From Gammaproteobacteria bacterium (lineage in GTDB: Bacteria > Pseudomonadota > Gammaproteobacteria > Natronospirales > REEB76), in contig JBAWFA010000007.1 of assembly GCA_049591455.1 (NCBI GenBank), positions 27,462 through 91,461 of the forward strand: DNA of 64,000 nucleotides. Direction: 5' to 3'. The position numbers were made by a program, and so were the translations under genes. Under the pieces are notes generated by a model. It worked only from the letters and a program-made list of their open reading frames with translations. It was not told where the DNA came from and made no database searches. Positions 41,783 through 52,080 of the stretch are shown here, piece by piece (the stretch's first letter is position 1; the number at the start of each line of letters is the position of its first letter).

Positions 41783-43260
41783 TGATCCGTCGCGTGTTGC
41801 TCACAGGACTTCCGGCGCTCGCGCTGGCCGCGTGCATGGTCGGTCCGAATTATCAGCGTCCCTCGGCGCCAGTGCCCGCCACCTACAAGGAATTGCAGGG
41901 CTGGAAAATCAGTCAGCCCCGGGACAACGCTGATCGCGGAGCATGGTGGTCCATCTATCAGGATCCCGAACTGGACAAACTGGAGCGCCAGATAGATATC
42001 TCCAACCAGAATATCCAGGCGGCGGCCGCAGTCTATCTGCAAGCCAGCGCGCTGGCGCGCGAAGCCCGCTCCTCGCTGTTTCCGAGCGTTTCCTTAGGCC
42101 TCGGCGCCACCCGCCAGGGTGCCAACCGCAGCGGCGCTACCGCCGGCAATGACGGCGGCACCACTGCTACGAATTCCGGTTCCGGTCCGCAAACCAGTTA
42201 CGACCTGGAAGGCAGCGCCAGCTGGGATTTGGACCTGTGGGGAAAAATTCGCCGCGGCGAGGAAAGCGCGGTGGCCAGCGCCCAAGCCAGCGCCGCGGAA
42301 CTTGCTTCCGCCCGTTTATCGGCGCAGGCGAGCCTCGCCACCAACTATTTCAATCTGCGTGCGTCGGATCAGTTGCAGCAGCTGCTGGACAAAACCGTGA
42401 TCGCCTACCAGGAATCCCTGCGCATTACGCAAAATCAGTATACCGCCGGCGTCGCCAGCCGCCTGGATGTCATTACCGCCCAGACGCAACTGCAGGCCGC
42501 TCAAGCGCAAGCCATCAACACGGGTGTGCAACGCGCCATTTACGAGCACGCCATCGCGGTGCTCATCGGCAAGCCGCCGTCCGAACTCACGCTTGCCCCC
42601 GGCGAATTGACGGCTACGGTGCCACGCGTGCCGGTGACCGTGCCCTCGACCCTGCTCGAACGCCGTCCGGACATCGCCGCCGCTGAACGGCAAATGGCAG
42701 CCGCCAATGCACAGATCGGCGTCGCGGACGCCGCGTATTATCCGGATCTCAGTCTGTCCGCCCTGCTGGGGTTCGTGGGCAGTCCGCTCGCCACGCTGGT
42801 ATCCGTGTCCAACCGGGTGTGGTCGCTGGGCGCGGCCGCCGACGAAACCCTGTTCAACGGCGGTGAGAACGGCGCGGCTGTCTCCGCCGCCGAGGCGGCG
42901 TACGACGAAAGCGTTGCCAATTACCGGCAGACCGTGCTGACCGCCTTCCAGGGAGTCGAAGATCAGCTCGCCACCCTGCGAATTCTGGAACAGGAGGCGA
43001 CGGTCCAGGCTTCCGCCACGCAGGCTGCAAATCAGGCCGTACAGATTTCGCTCAATCAGTACCGTGCCGGCACAGTCACGTATACAACCGTGGTCGCGGC
43101 CCAGGGGACCTTGCTGGCCAGCCAACAACAATTGCTAACTATAGAACAGAACCGCTTGGTGGCGTCCGTTACACTGATCGAGGACATGGGCGGCGGCTGG
43201 AGCGATGCGGAATTGCCAACTGCAAGCGATGTCAGGAACGGGAAACCCTCTCATCAATAA
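41782..43260 (+). CDS. RND efflux outer-membrane factor lipoprotein (NodT/OprM family)
   Basis: ATG 41782 overlaps the mdtC stop by 1 nt. Lipobox LALAAC followed by MVGPNYQRP. Two-repeat OEP architecture. 492 aa. Confidence 0.9.
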   Translation: MIRRVLLTGLPALALAACMVGPNYQRPSAPVPATYKELQGWKISQPRDNADRGAWWSIYQDPELDKLERQIDISNQNIQAAAAVYLQASALAREARSSLFPSVSLGLGATRQGANRSGATAGNDGGTTATNSGSGPQTSYDLEGSASWDLDLWGKIRRGEESAVASAQASAAELASARLSAQASLATNYFNLRASDQLQQLLDKTVIAYQESLRITQNQYTAGVASRLDVITAQTQLQAAQAQAINTGVQRAIYEHAIAVLIGKPPSELTLAPGELTATVPRVPVTVPSTLLERRPDIAAAERQMAAANAQIGVADAAYYPDLSLSALLGFVGSPLATLVSVSNRVWSLGAAADETLFNGGENGAAVSAAEAAYDESVANYRQTVLTAFQGVEDQLATLRILEQEATVQASATQAANQAVQISLNQYRAGTVTYTTVVAAQGTLLASQQQLLTIEQNRLVASVTLIEDMGGGWSDAELPTASDVRNGKPSHQ

Positions 43261-43296
43261 ATTGCCGCGGATGACACTAGGCCAGTGTCCGGCAAA
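43256..43296 (-). terminator. hairpin plus U-tract just 3' of rnpB
   Basis: TTGCCG/CGGCAA outer stem and GACACT/AGTGTC inner stem (43262-43295). On the minus strand it is followed by TTTATT. It sits between the convergent outer-membrane-factor gene and rnpB. Confidence 0.55.
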
Positions 43297-43307
43297 ATCA
43301 AGAAGAT

Positions 43308-43670
43308 ATAAGGAGTCGGCCTGTAAGCCGGGTTCTGTCGGGGACAGCCATTCCTCTGGGATGCGCGTCACCGCGCACCTCAAGCGACCTACCCGGAAGC
43401 CGTGCGGACCGCACGTTGCGGGACGAACCCGCGCGCTTCCCTATTTGGTCTTGCTCCGGGTGGGGTTTTCCGTGCCGCGGACGGTTACCCGCCGCGCGGT
43501 GCGCTCTTACCGCACCTTTTCACCCTTGCCTGAGCCCGGAGGCCATCGGCGGTGTGTTTTCTGTGGCACTGTCCGTGGGCTCGTGCCCCCCAGGCGTTAC
43601 CTGGCACCCTGTCCTGCGGAGCCCGGACTTTCCTCCACGCTTGCGCGCAGCGGCCGTCCGGCCGACTCCG
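43308..43670 (-). ncRNA. rnpB: RNase P RNA, bacterial type A
   Basis: The minus strand contains GGAGGAAAGTCCGGGCTCC..AGGGTGCCAGGTAACGCCTGGGGGG..CACGGACAGTGCCACAGAAAA..GGTAAGAGCGCACC..ACAGAACCCGGCTTACAGGCCGACTCC. The P1 stem is GGAGTCGGCC/GGCCGACTCC. End coordinates are accurate to within a few nt. Confidence 0.95.
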
Positions 43671-43675
43671 GCGAC

Positions 43676-43704
43676 ATTATCGGCTTTCTGCATAAGTGAA
43701 ACAA
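43676..43704 (-). promoter_or_regulatory. candidate rnpB promoter
   Basis: The minus strand reads TTGTTT (43704-43699), a 17-nt spacer, then GATAAT (43681-43676), about 6-7 nt upstream of the P1 5' strand. Confidence 0.5.
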
Positions 43705-43729
43705 ACCAGATTAAAGGGCCCAAAGGGGT

Positions 43730-44581
43730 TTACGGTTTCTTTTTTTTGAGGATTTCCACGGCGCGTGCATAGAGGTTGTTCTTCTTCAATCCAGTAATCT
43801 TCGCCGCCAGCGACGACGCCTGTTTGACGGGCAATTCTTCCAGCAACACGGCCAGCACCGCGTCGGCATTTATGGCGTTCTTTTGTGGAACAGACCCAGC
43901 CACCAGTACCGCCACTTCGCCCTTCGCGGCATGACTGTCCGATTTTGCCCAGCCAGCAAGATCGTCAAGTGTTCCTCCGCGGATGGACTCGTGCAGTTTG
44001 GTGAGTTCACGTGCAATCACGGCCTGCCGTTCTGCACCGAATGTCTTTGCCATGTCGGTCAGGGATGCTTCCAGGCGATGCGCGGACTCATAAAAGACCA
44101 GCGTTCGGGTTTCGGAAACGAGTTCCGCCAGCCGCGCGCGTCGCGCCGCGGTTTTCTGCGGCAGAAATCCCTCGAACACGAAGCGATTGGTAGGCAGCCC
44201 GCCCGCGGACAGTGCCGCAATCAAGGCGCAGGCACCCGGTATGGGAATCACCCGGATACCGGCGGCGCGCGCGGCGCGCACAAGGCCGAAACCAGGATCG
44301 CTGATGAGCGGCGTGCCCGCATCCGAGACCAGCGCCACGCACGCTCCCTTCAGCAATTTATCAATCAGTCCGGGCGTGCGTTCCGCCTCATTGTGGTCGT
44401 GCAGCGATAAGAGCGGTGTGCGAATGCCGAAATGACTAAGCAACGTTGCCGTGTGGCGCGTGTCCTCGGCAGCGATCAGGTCCGCTTCGGCCAGGGTGTG
44501 CTGCGCCCGCGGTGAAAGATCGTCCAGGTTGCCGATGGGCGTGGCAACTATATAAAGCGCCCCCGTATTCTGTTCAGCCAT
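43730..44581 (-). CDS. rsmI: 16S rRNA 2'-O-methyl-C1402 methyltransferase RsmI
   Basis: LYIVATPIGNLDDLSPRA N-terminus (tetrapyrrole-methylase fold). Divergent from lpoA as in E. coli. Confidence 0.93.
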   Translation of the reverse strand: MAEQNTGALYIVATPIGNLDDLSPRAQHTLAEADLIAAEDTRHTATLLSHFGIRTPLLSLHDHNEAERTPGLIDKLLKGACVALVSDAGTPLISDPGFGLVRAARAAGIRVIPIPGACALIAALSAGGLPTNRFVFEGFLPQKTAARRARLAELVSETRTLVFYESAHRLEASLTDMAKTFGAERQAVIARELTKLHESIRGGTLDDLAGWAKSDSHAAKGEVAVLVAGSVPQKNAINADAVLAVLLEELPVKQASSLAAKITGLKKNNLYARAVEILKKKKP

Positions 44582-44685
44582 GTTGCCCCCGTGATTTTCC
44601 GTGGCCCGCCCGTAAAGGTATGATTACGGTATCGCCCATCCTGCACCGGAAGCCAAAATCCATGCAAGGCAATCCGCCCGGTTCC

Positions 44686-46566
44686 ATGCGCCGTTTCTGC
44701 CTGCTGGCCCTCCTCCTCGGCCTGCTGACAGGCTGTGCCGTTACCCCCAGCCAGCCCCCTCAAGGCAGTGCTGCCCAGGCCGCGCAATTGGAACAGCAAG
44801 GCAAATTCGCCGATGCGGCACAGATTTATACAAACCTTGCCGCGACGGTTCAGGGCGAACAGCGTAACGAATATCTGGTAAGCGCCGCGGAGGATTGGTG
44901 GCAGGTCCACGAAAGTGCGCAAGCCTGGAAGCTCCTGGGTGAGGTGCGAGAACAGGTGCTGTACCCGGCACTAAACGCGCGAGTGGAATTGCTCAAGGCG
45001 GATCTGGATTTCGCCGCGCAACAGCCACAAGCTGCGCTCAAGCATTTCAACTTCCCGCTGGCGCCGCTGCCCGACGCACTGAAAGCCAGAACGCTGCAGC
45101 TGCGCGCCGAAGTGCATGTGGCGCTTGATGATACGGTCGCCGCCGTGGAGGATCTGAGTGAACGGGAAAACTACCTCGACAATAACAGCGATGCCATCCA
45201 CGACAACCATCAGCATATCTGGCAGGTAATAACTCAGAGCCACGCGCCGCTCAATATCCTGGCGCTGCCGCAAACCATTTCACAAACGGCGCGCGGCTGG
45301 TTGGTGCTTGGCAGCATAACCCGCAACATCTGGCAGCGACCGCAGAATTTGCTGCAGCAATTGCAAACCTGGCAGGCGGAGTTCCCCAATCATCCCGCCG
45401 ATCAGGACATCGTCCCGGACCTGATCGCAAAACAAAAAGCCTTCGCGACCTATCCAGAGCGCGTCGCGGTGCTGCTGCCCCTGTCGGGCCCCTATCAATC
45501 GGTTGCCGACGCCGTGCGTGACGGCCTGTTAACGGCGTACTTTCAGCTGTCGAACAACGGCAGCGCCCCAGCCATCGTGTTCTACGATACCGGCGGCACT
45601 GCGGCGGGTGCACAGGCCGCGTACCGGCAAGCCATGGCTGCGGGCGCGGACATCGTGGTGGGGCCGCTCATCAAGGATGCCGTAAACGGCGTTGCAGCGC
45701 TGGATTCACTGCAAATTCCGGTGCTGGCGCTCAACACTCTGGACAGCGGCAAACCCGCGCCGGCGGGATTGTTCCAGTTCGGTCTGCCGCCGGAAGATGA
45801 AGCGGCGCAGGTGGCGGATCGCCTGATCGCGGAAGGACTGACGCGCGGTGTGGCGCTGGTGCCGCAGAGCGATTGGGGCACGCGGGTCATGAATGCGTTT
45901 TCCGCACGCTTCACGCAACTGGGAGGCACGCTGCTGGGCGCCCAAACCTATCCGACGGGCGCTAGCGATTTCTCCGTGCCCATCACGCGCCTGCTCAACC
46001 TGAACGACAGCCAGTACCGCGAAGAGCAACTGGGCGGCTCCCTCGGCACGCGCCTGCAATTCGAACCGCGCCGCCGCGAGGACATCCAGTTCATTTTTCT
46101 GGCCGCAAACTCCAGTGACGCCAAACTGATCCGGCCGCAACTGCGCTTCTATCACGCCATCAACGTGCCGGTGTACGCCACCTCGCAGGTGTACCAACCG
46201 GGCGATCCGGCGGATACGGATTTCGACGGCATCAGTTTCGATGACATGCCCTGGACGCTGGAGACCAACGGCGCGGCGGCCGACACCAGCAAAACCGTGG
46301 CGGGTCTGTGGCCCGGCAATTTTTCCGGCAACAGCCGCCTGTACGCCCTGGGCTTCGACGCCTGGCGGCTGGTGCCGCTGCTCTACAAGGGCAGGCCGTT
46401 TAGCATGACGGTGCAGGGCATGACCGGACTACTCAGCATGGACAGTAACGGCCGCATCCACCGCCAACTGGAATGGGCGAGTTTCAGGAATGGTATGCCT
46501 AAACTGCTGGCGCCAGTTTCGCTGCTGCCCACGGCCGTGGTGGCTACTCCCAACCCATCGCCGTGA
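44686..46566 (+). CDS. lpoA: penicillin-binding protein activator LpoA
   Basis: ATG 44686 gives the lipoprotein signal MRRFCLLALLLGLLTGC (ATG 44662 is also possible). TPR-like N-domain and a periplasmic-binding-like C-domain (VAVLLPLSGPY..). Confidence 0.85.
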   Translation: MRRFCLLALLLGLLTGCAVTPSQPPQGSAAQAAQLEQQGKFADAAQIYTNLAATVQGEQRNEYLVSAAEDWWQVHESAQAWKLLGEVREQVLYPALNARVELLKADLDFAAQQPQAALKHFNFPLAPLPDALKARTLQLRAEVHVALDDTVAAVEDLSERENYLDNNSDAIHDNHQHIWQVITQSHAPLNILALPQTISQTARGWLVLGSITRNIWQRPQNLLQQLQTWQAEFPNHPADQDIVPDLIAKQKAFATYPERVAVLLPLSGPYQSVADAVRDGLLTAYFQLSNNGSAPAIVFYDTGGTAAGAQAAYRQAMAAGADIVVGPLIKDAVNGVAALDSLQIPVLALNTLDSGKPAPAGLFQFGLPPEDEAAQVADRLIAEGLTRGVALVPQSDWGTRVMNAFSARFTQLGGTLLGAQTYPTGASDFSVPITRLLNLNDSQYREEQLGGSLGTRLQFEPRRREDIQFIFLAANSSDAKLIRPQLRFYHAINVPVYATSQVYQPGDPADTDFDGISFDDMPWTLETNGAAADTSKTVAGLWPGNFSGNSRLYALGFDAWRLVPLLYKGRPFSMTVQGMTGLLSMDSNGRIHRQLEWASFRNGMPKLLAPVSLLPTAVVATPNPSP

Positions 46567-46937
46567 ATCTCGCACCACATTTGGCTGCCGGCCAAAGAGC
46601 CGAGGACCAGGCACTGGAACTATTGCGCCGCGCCGGTCTCAAGCTGCTGGCTCGCAACTACCGCTGCCCACAGGGCGAACTGGATCTGGTGATGACGGAC
46701 GGCGAAAACCTGGTGATGGTGGAAGTGCGTTTTCGCCGCGACCGCGGCTTTGGAAGCGCGGTAGAAAGCGTGGATGCGCACAAGCAAGAAAAACTGCTGC
46801 GCGCCACCCAGCACTTTCTGCAACAAGATGCCCGCTGGCGCCGCCGGCCGCTGCGCTTTGACGTGGTGGCGATGAACGAAACCGCTGATGGAAAAATGCA
46901 GACCGATTGGATCAAGGACGCTTTCCGCTCCGATTGA
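46563..46937 (+). CDS. yraN: YraN family (UPF0102) endonuclease-like protein
   Basis: 124 aa. GTG start overlaps the lpoA stop. ..ARNYRCPQGELDLVM..LVMVEVRFR.. core. Confidence 0.85.
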   Translation: MNLAPHLAAGQRAEDQALELLRRAGLKLLARNYRCPQGELDLVMTDGENLVMVEVRFRRDRGFGSAVESVDAHKQEKLLRATQHFLQQDARWRRRPLRFDVVAMNETADGKMQTDWIKDAFRSD

Positions 46938-48951
<2,014 letters not shown>

Positions 48952-49006
48952 CTGCAGTCGAGGTTTGCTCCGCTCATCACAAATTATGCGATTCACCAAC
49001 CCGCGT

Positions 49007-49576
49007 TTACTCTCCCAAGGATTTCTGCCCTTGCCTCCAAATCAGCCAAAATGCGAGAGCAGAAACGACTCCAATCATCCCAAAGATCACCAAGTCACGT
49101 CCTGTTTCACTGATCGCGTTTCTAAACGGCAAATATGCGAAGGCAGACCAATGTACAGCGAGGGCCATCAATATTCCAACAGCGAATCCAACAATGATGC
49201 CCGACCACCATCGGATGTATCCAAAATAATTTAGCAAGAAATATGCTGGCGCTCCCAATACAATGGCTGCAGCAAACGAATATGGGTAGAAGATGACCGA
49301 CCATATTAGTAAATCCGAGAAATGAATCTCACCCAATATAATGGATGCGGTACTTAGAATCACTCCGGGGATTATCGGAGCGACCAAAAACCCCACAAGA
49401 GTTAAAAAAATTGACCGCAATCGCCTTGCCTTATTCGTCTGACGATCCTTAATCAGGCGATAGCGGATGTAAATCACTATCGCGCTTATGAGTACGATCC
49501 CAAACAAGATAGGTACCACCGCTACTTCTCCATTTATTTTTGCAGAACACGCGGGTTGGTATAAACGAGCCCTCAC
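49007..49576 (-). CDS. orphan polytopic membrane protein, AT-rich
   Basis: 189 aa from GTG 49576. GTG 49519 has a better GGAG spacing and gives about 170 aa. About 5 hydrophobic segments, no motif I recognise. Hand-counted GC was 27/60 (49081-49140) and 26/60 (49261-49320). Confidence 0.55.
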   Translation of the reverse strand: MRARLYQPACSAKINGEVAVVPILFGIVLISAIVIYIRYRLIKDRQTNKARRLRSIFLTLVGFLVAPIIPGVILSTASIILGEIHFSDLLIWSVIFYPYSFAAAIVLGAPAYFLLNYFGYIRWWSGIIVGFAVGILMALAVHWSAFAYLPFRNAISETGRDLVIFGMIGVVSALAFWLIWRQGQKSLGE

Positions 49577-49627
49577 TCCTCAAGAGAAGAGGGACAAAAC
49601 ATTGTCCGCGTCTCGATCCACGCCAAA

Positions 49628-50140
49628 TCAATCATCTTCGGATTCGGCCGTGGCGCCCAGTACTCTCCGGTAGATCGCCGCATTCTCCGCATCGAAGCAG
49701 CAGGCAACGATGCTGCGGTAATCCTTTTCATTCTTGTGCATGACCTTGAGCGCGATGCGCGCGGCGTCCTCTTTCGGATAGCCATATGCGCCGGTACTGA
49801 TGTTGGGGAACGCGATGCTACGCACCTTCGCCCCTTTTGCCAGAGTGAAGGAATTGCGGTAACAATTTTCCAGCAATTGAGGTTCGCCGTTATTACCGCC
49901 GTGCCACACCGGCCCAGGCGTGTGGATCACCCATTTGGCCTTGAGCCGGAAACCCGGCGTGATGCGCGCTTCGCCGGTAGGGCAACCACCGAGCTTCTTG
50001 CAGGCTTGCAGCAATTCCGGTCCGGCAGCGCGGTGGATGGCGCCGTCCACGCCGCCGCCGCCGAGCAGCGTAGTGTTGGCGGCATTGACGATCACGTCCA
50101 CGTCCAAATCGGTAATGTCATATTGAATGACTTTGATCAT
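49628..50140 (-). CDS. ymdB: macro-domain protein, YmdB-like O-acetyl-ADP-ribose deacetylase
   Basis: 170 aa. [51 protein letters not shown] matches the YmdB/MacroD pattern along its whole length. Confidence 0.85.
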   Translation of the reverse strand: MIKVIQYDITDLDVDVIVNAANTTLLGGGGVDGAIHRAAGPELLQACKKLGGCPTGEARITPGFRLKAKWVIHTPGPVWHGGNNGEPQLLENCYRNSFTLAKGAKVRSIAFPNISTGAYGYPKEDAARIALKVMHKNEKDYRSIVACCFDAENAAIYRRVLGATAESEDD

Positions 50141-50171
50141 GCGCGCTTTACTCCCTCCACCCTTTGAAGCA

Positions 50172-50213
50172 GTCCCCTCATCCCAGCTTCTCCCTCTGAA
50201 GGGGGAGAAGGGA
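50172..50213. repeat. GC-rich REP-like hairpin element downstream of sspB
   Basis: CTTCTCCC (50187-50194) pairs with GGGAGAAG (50203-50210). The minus strand reads CCCTTCTCCCCCTTCAGAGGGAGAAGCTGGGATGAGGGGA, which resembles the element at 63597-63637. Confidence 0.5.
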
Positions 50214-50226
50214 CAATGAATAAACC

Positions 50227-50634
50227 CTATTTGACGACCTTGAGGCTGGGCTTTTTTGCGCCGCCGGGCTTGGCGGATTTGGACGCACCCGCCATCGGTG
50301 AAACTGAGCCGGCGGGCGCCGGTTCATCTTCCGGGCCAAATACCATGCCTTGACCGGTTTCATGGGCGTAGATGGCGAGAATGGCATCCATGGGAATCCG
50401 CAGATGCCGCGAAACGCCGCCAAAGCGCGCGGAGAATTCCACACACTCGTTGGCGAGTTCTAAGCCATTGGTGGCGTCGTAACTGACGTTGAGTACCAGT
50501 TTGCCGTCCTTGGCGTAACCGGGCGGGACTTCCACTCCGGCGACATTGACGTCCACCACGAGATGCGGTGTGTGGCGGCTGTCGACGACCCACTGGTGCA
50601 TGGCGCGGAGAAGATACGGCTTTCTGGAAAGCAT
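50227..50634 (-). CDS. sspB: ClpXP adaptor SspB
   Basis: [26 protein letters not shown]-terminus. The C-terminal LKVVK tail resembles a ClpX-binding peptide. Follows sspA. Confidence 0.92.
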   Translation of the reverse strand: MLSRKPYLLRAMHQWVVDSRHTPHLVVDVNVAGVEVPPGYAKDGKLVLNVSYDATNGLELANECVEFSARFGGVSRHLRIPMDAILAIYAHETGQGMVFGPEDEPAPAGSVSPMAGASKSAKPGGAKKPSLKVVK

Positions 50635-50660
50635 GACGAAATAATCCGTTAAGCGACCAC

Positions 50661-51263
50661 TCAGGCGGCTTCGCGCATTTCGCGCTCGATTTCCGTGAGG
50701 CTGGACTTGAATGCAGGGCGGTGAAAGATGCGCTCAGCGTATTTGGCCAGCGCCTTCGCCTGAGCTGGAATGTCAATTTCATAGCGCGGCAAGCGCCACA
50801 GGATCGGCGCGATGCTGCAGTCCACCAGCGAAAATTCGTCGCTGAGAAAAAATGGCTTGGCGGCGAACGCATCGGAGGCCGCCAACAAGCCTTCGCGCAG
50901 CAGCTTACGCGCACGTGCATGGGGTTTGCCGGGTGATTGCTCGATCTCATCCACCAGGCTGTACCAGTCGCGCTCGATGCGATACAGCGCCAGCCGGAAG
51001 CGCGCGCGCGCCACCGGGTCCACTGGCATCAGCGGCGGATGTGGAAAACGCTCGTCCAGATATTCCATGATAATGCGCGGATCATAGAGCGCCAGATCCC
51101 GGTCCACCAGAGTGGGTACGCTGTTGTAGGGGTTGAGCTCCAGCAGATCCTCGGGCAGCTTGCCGCCTTCAATGTTGACGATATCCATGGCGATGCCTTT
51201 CTCCGCGAGCACGAAACGCACGCGGTGGCAATGAGGACAACTGGCTCGGGAATATAGCGTCAT
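50661..51263 (-). CDS. sspA: stringent starvation protein A (GST-like)
   Basis: ATG 51263 (MTLYSRASCPHCHRVRFVLAEKG). GST N- and C-domains. 200 aa. Confidence 0.92.
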   Translation of the reverse strand: MTLYSRASCPHCHRVRFVLAEKGIAMDIVNIEGGKLPEDLLELNPYNSVPTLVDRDLALYDPRIIMEYLDERFPHPPLMPVDPVARARFRLALYRIERDWYSLVDEIEQSPGKPHARARKLLREGLLAASDAFAAKPFFLSDEFSLVDCSIAPILWRLPRYEIDIPAQAKALAKYAERIFHRPAFKSSLTEIEREMREAA

Positions 51264-51345
51264 GGCGGTCGGCCTGTGGGCAGGAAACGGCGCTTCGGAA
51301 TGGGCGGAGGAGCGCGTCACGTGACGCGCCCAGTCACACCGCGCA

Positions 51346-52080
51346 TTAGTGTATTTTTTTCCAAATTTCTCTCTTCAGAAGGTAGGCGACGATAAAAAAC
51401 ACGATCAGGAAACCAATCACCCGAAAACCGAGACTTTGACTCTTGAGTTCGATGGGATTACCCATGTAGGCAAGAAAGCTCGTGATATCGCGATCCGCCT
51501 TGTCGAATTGTTCGGCCGTCAGCTTGCCGGGTGTCGCCTGCTCGAAGTGATCGAATACCTGATAGCTGCTCCCGTCGGGATTCTTTACGGTAGCAAATAC
51601 GGCTTTCTGGGTGCCCTGCAATTCCCACAATACGTCAGGCATGGACACGTGCGGGAACACAGTATTGTTCACGCCGGTCGCGGTTTTCGGGTCGAGATAG
51701 AACGATTTGAGATAGGTATATATCCAGTCCGAACCGCGGCTGCGGGATTCCAACGACAGATCCGGGGGCGCGGTGCCGAACCAGGTGGTGGCGTCCGCCT
51801 GAGGCATGGCGCTCACCATGGTATCGGTGACCTTGCCGCCCGCGAACATCAGATAGCTTTCCAGCTGAGCATCATTGAGGCCCAGGTCCTGTCCCACGCG
51901 GTTGTAACGCACGTACTGGGCCGAATGGCAGCCCATGCAGTAGTTCACGAAGAACTTGGCGCCGCGCTGCAGCGAGGCGGTGTTGCTCAGATCAACGTTG
52001 GCAGCTTGCAGTTTTACGCCTTCGTCCTGGGCGTGGGCAAACACCGGCAGCAAGCACAGCGCAAGAATAATTATTTTCAT
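51346..52080 (-). CDS. petC: cytochrome c1 of the bc1 complex
   Basis: ATG 52080 (signal MKIIILALCLLPVFAHA) forms ATGA with the petB stop. CMGCHS heme motif. C-terminal TM anchor. Confidence 0.9.
   Translation of the reverse strand: MKIIILALCLLPVFAHAQDEGVKLQAANVDLSNTASLQRGAKFFVNYCMGCHSAQYVRYNRVGQDLGLNDAQLESYLMFAGGKVTDTMVSAMPQADATTWFGTAPPDLSLESRSRGSDWIYTYLKSFYLDPKTATGVNNTVFPHVSMPDVLWELQGTQKAVFATVKNPDGSSYQVFDHFEQATPGKLTAEQFDKADRDITSFLAYMGNPIELKSQSLGFRVIGFLIVFFIVAYLLKREIWKKIH

Noticed and set aside
42118-42198. The Gly/Thr/Ser/Asn-rich stretch in the outer-membrane factor, and the Ala/Ser/Pro-rich tail of the adaptor (35215-35340), as further unusual insertions.
   Set aside because: Comparable variable segments occur at these positions in OprM-type channels and MdtA-type adaptors as I recall them. 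The length differences are modest.
49628-50140. The macro-domain gene as a DarG-like antitoxin or a Thoeris ThsA-like defence component.
   Set aside because: No DarT (DUF4433) or TIR-domain partner is present. The protein is collinear with housekeeping YmdB/MacroD and has host-like GC. Only the adjacent AT-rich membrane ORF is odd, and that is reported separately as a low-confidence lead.
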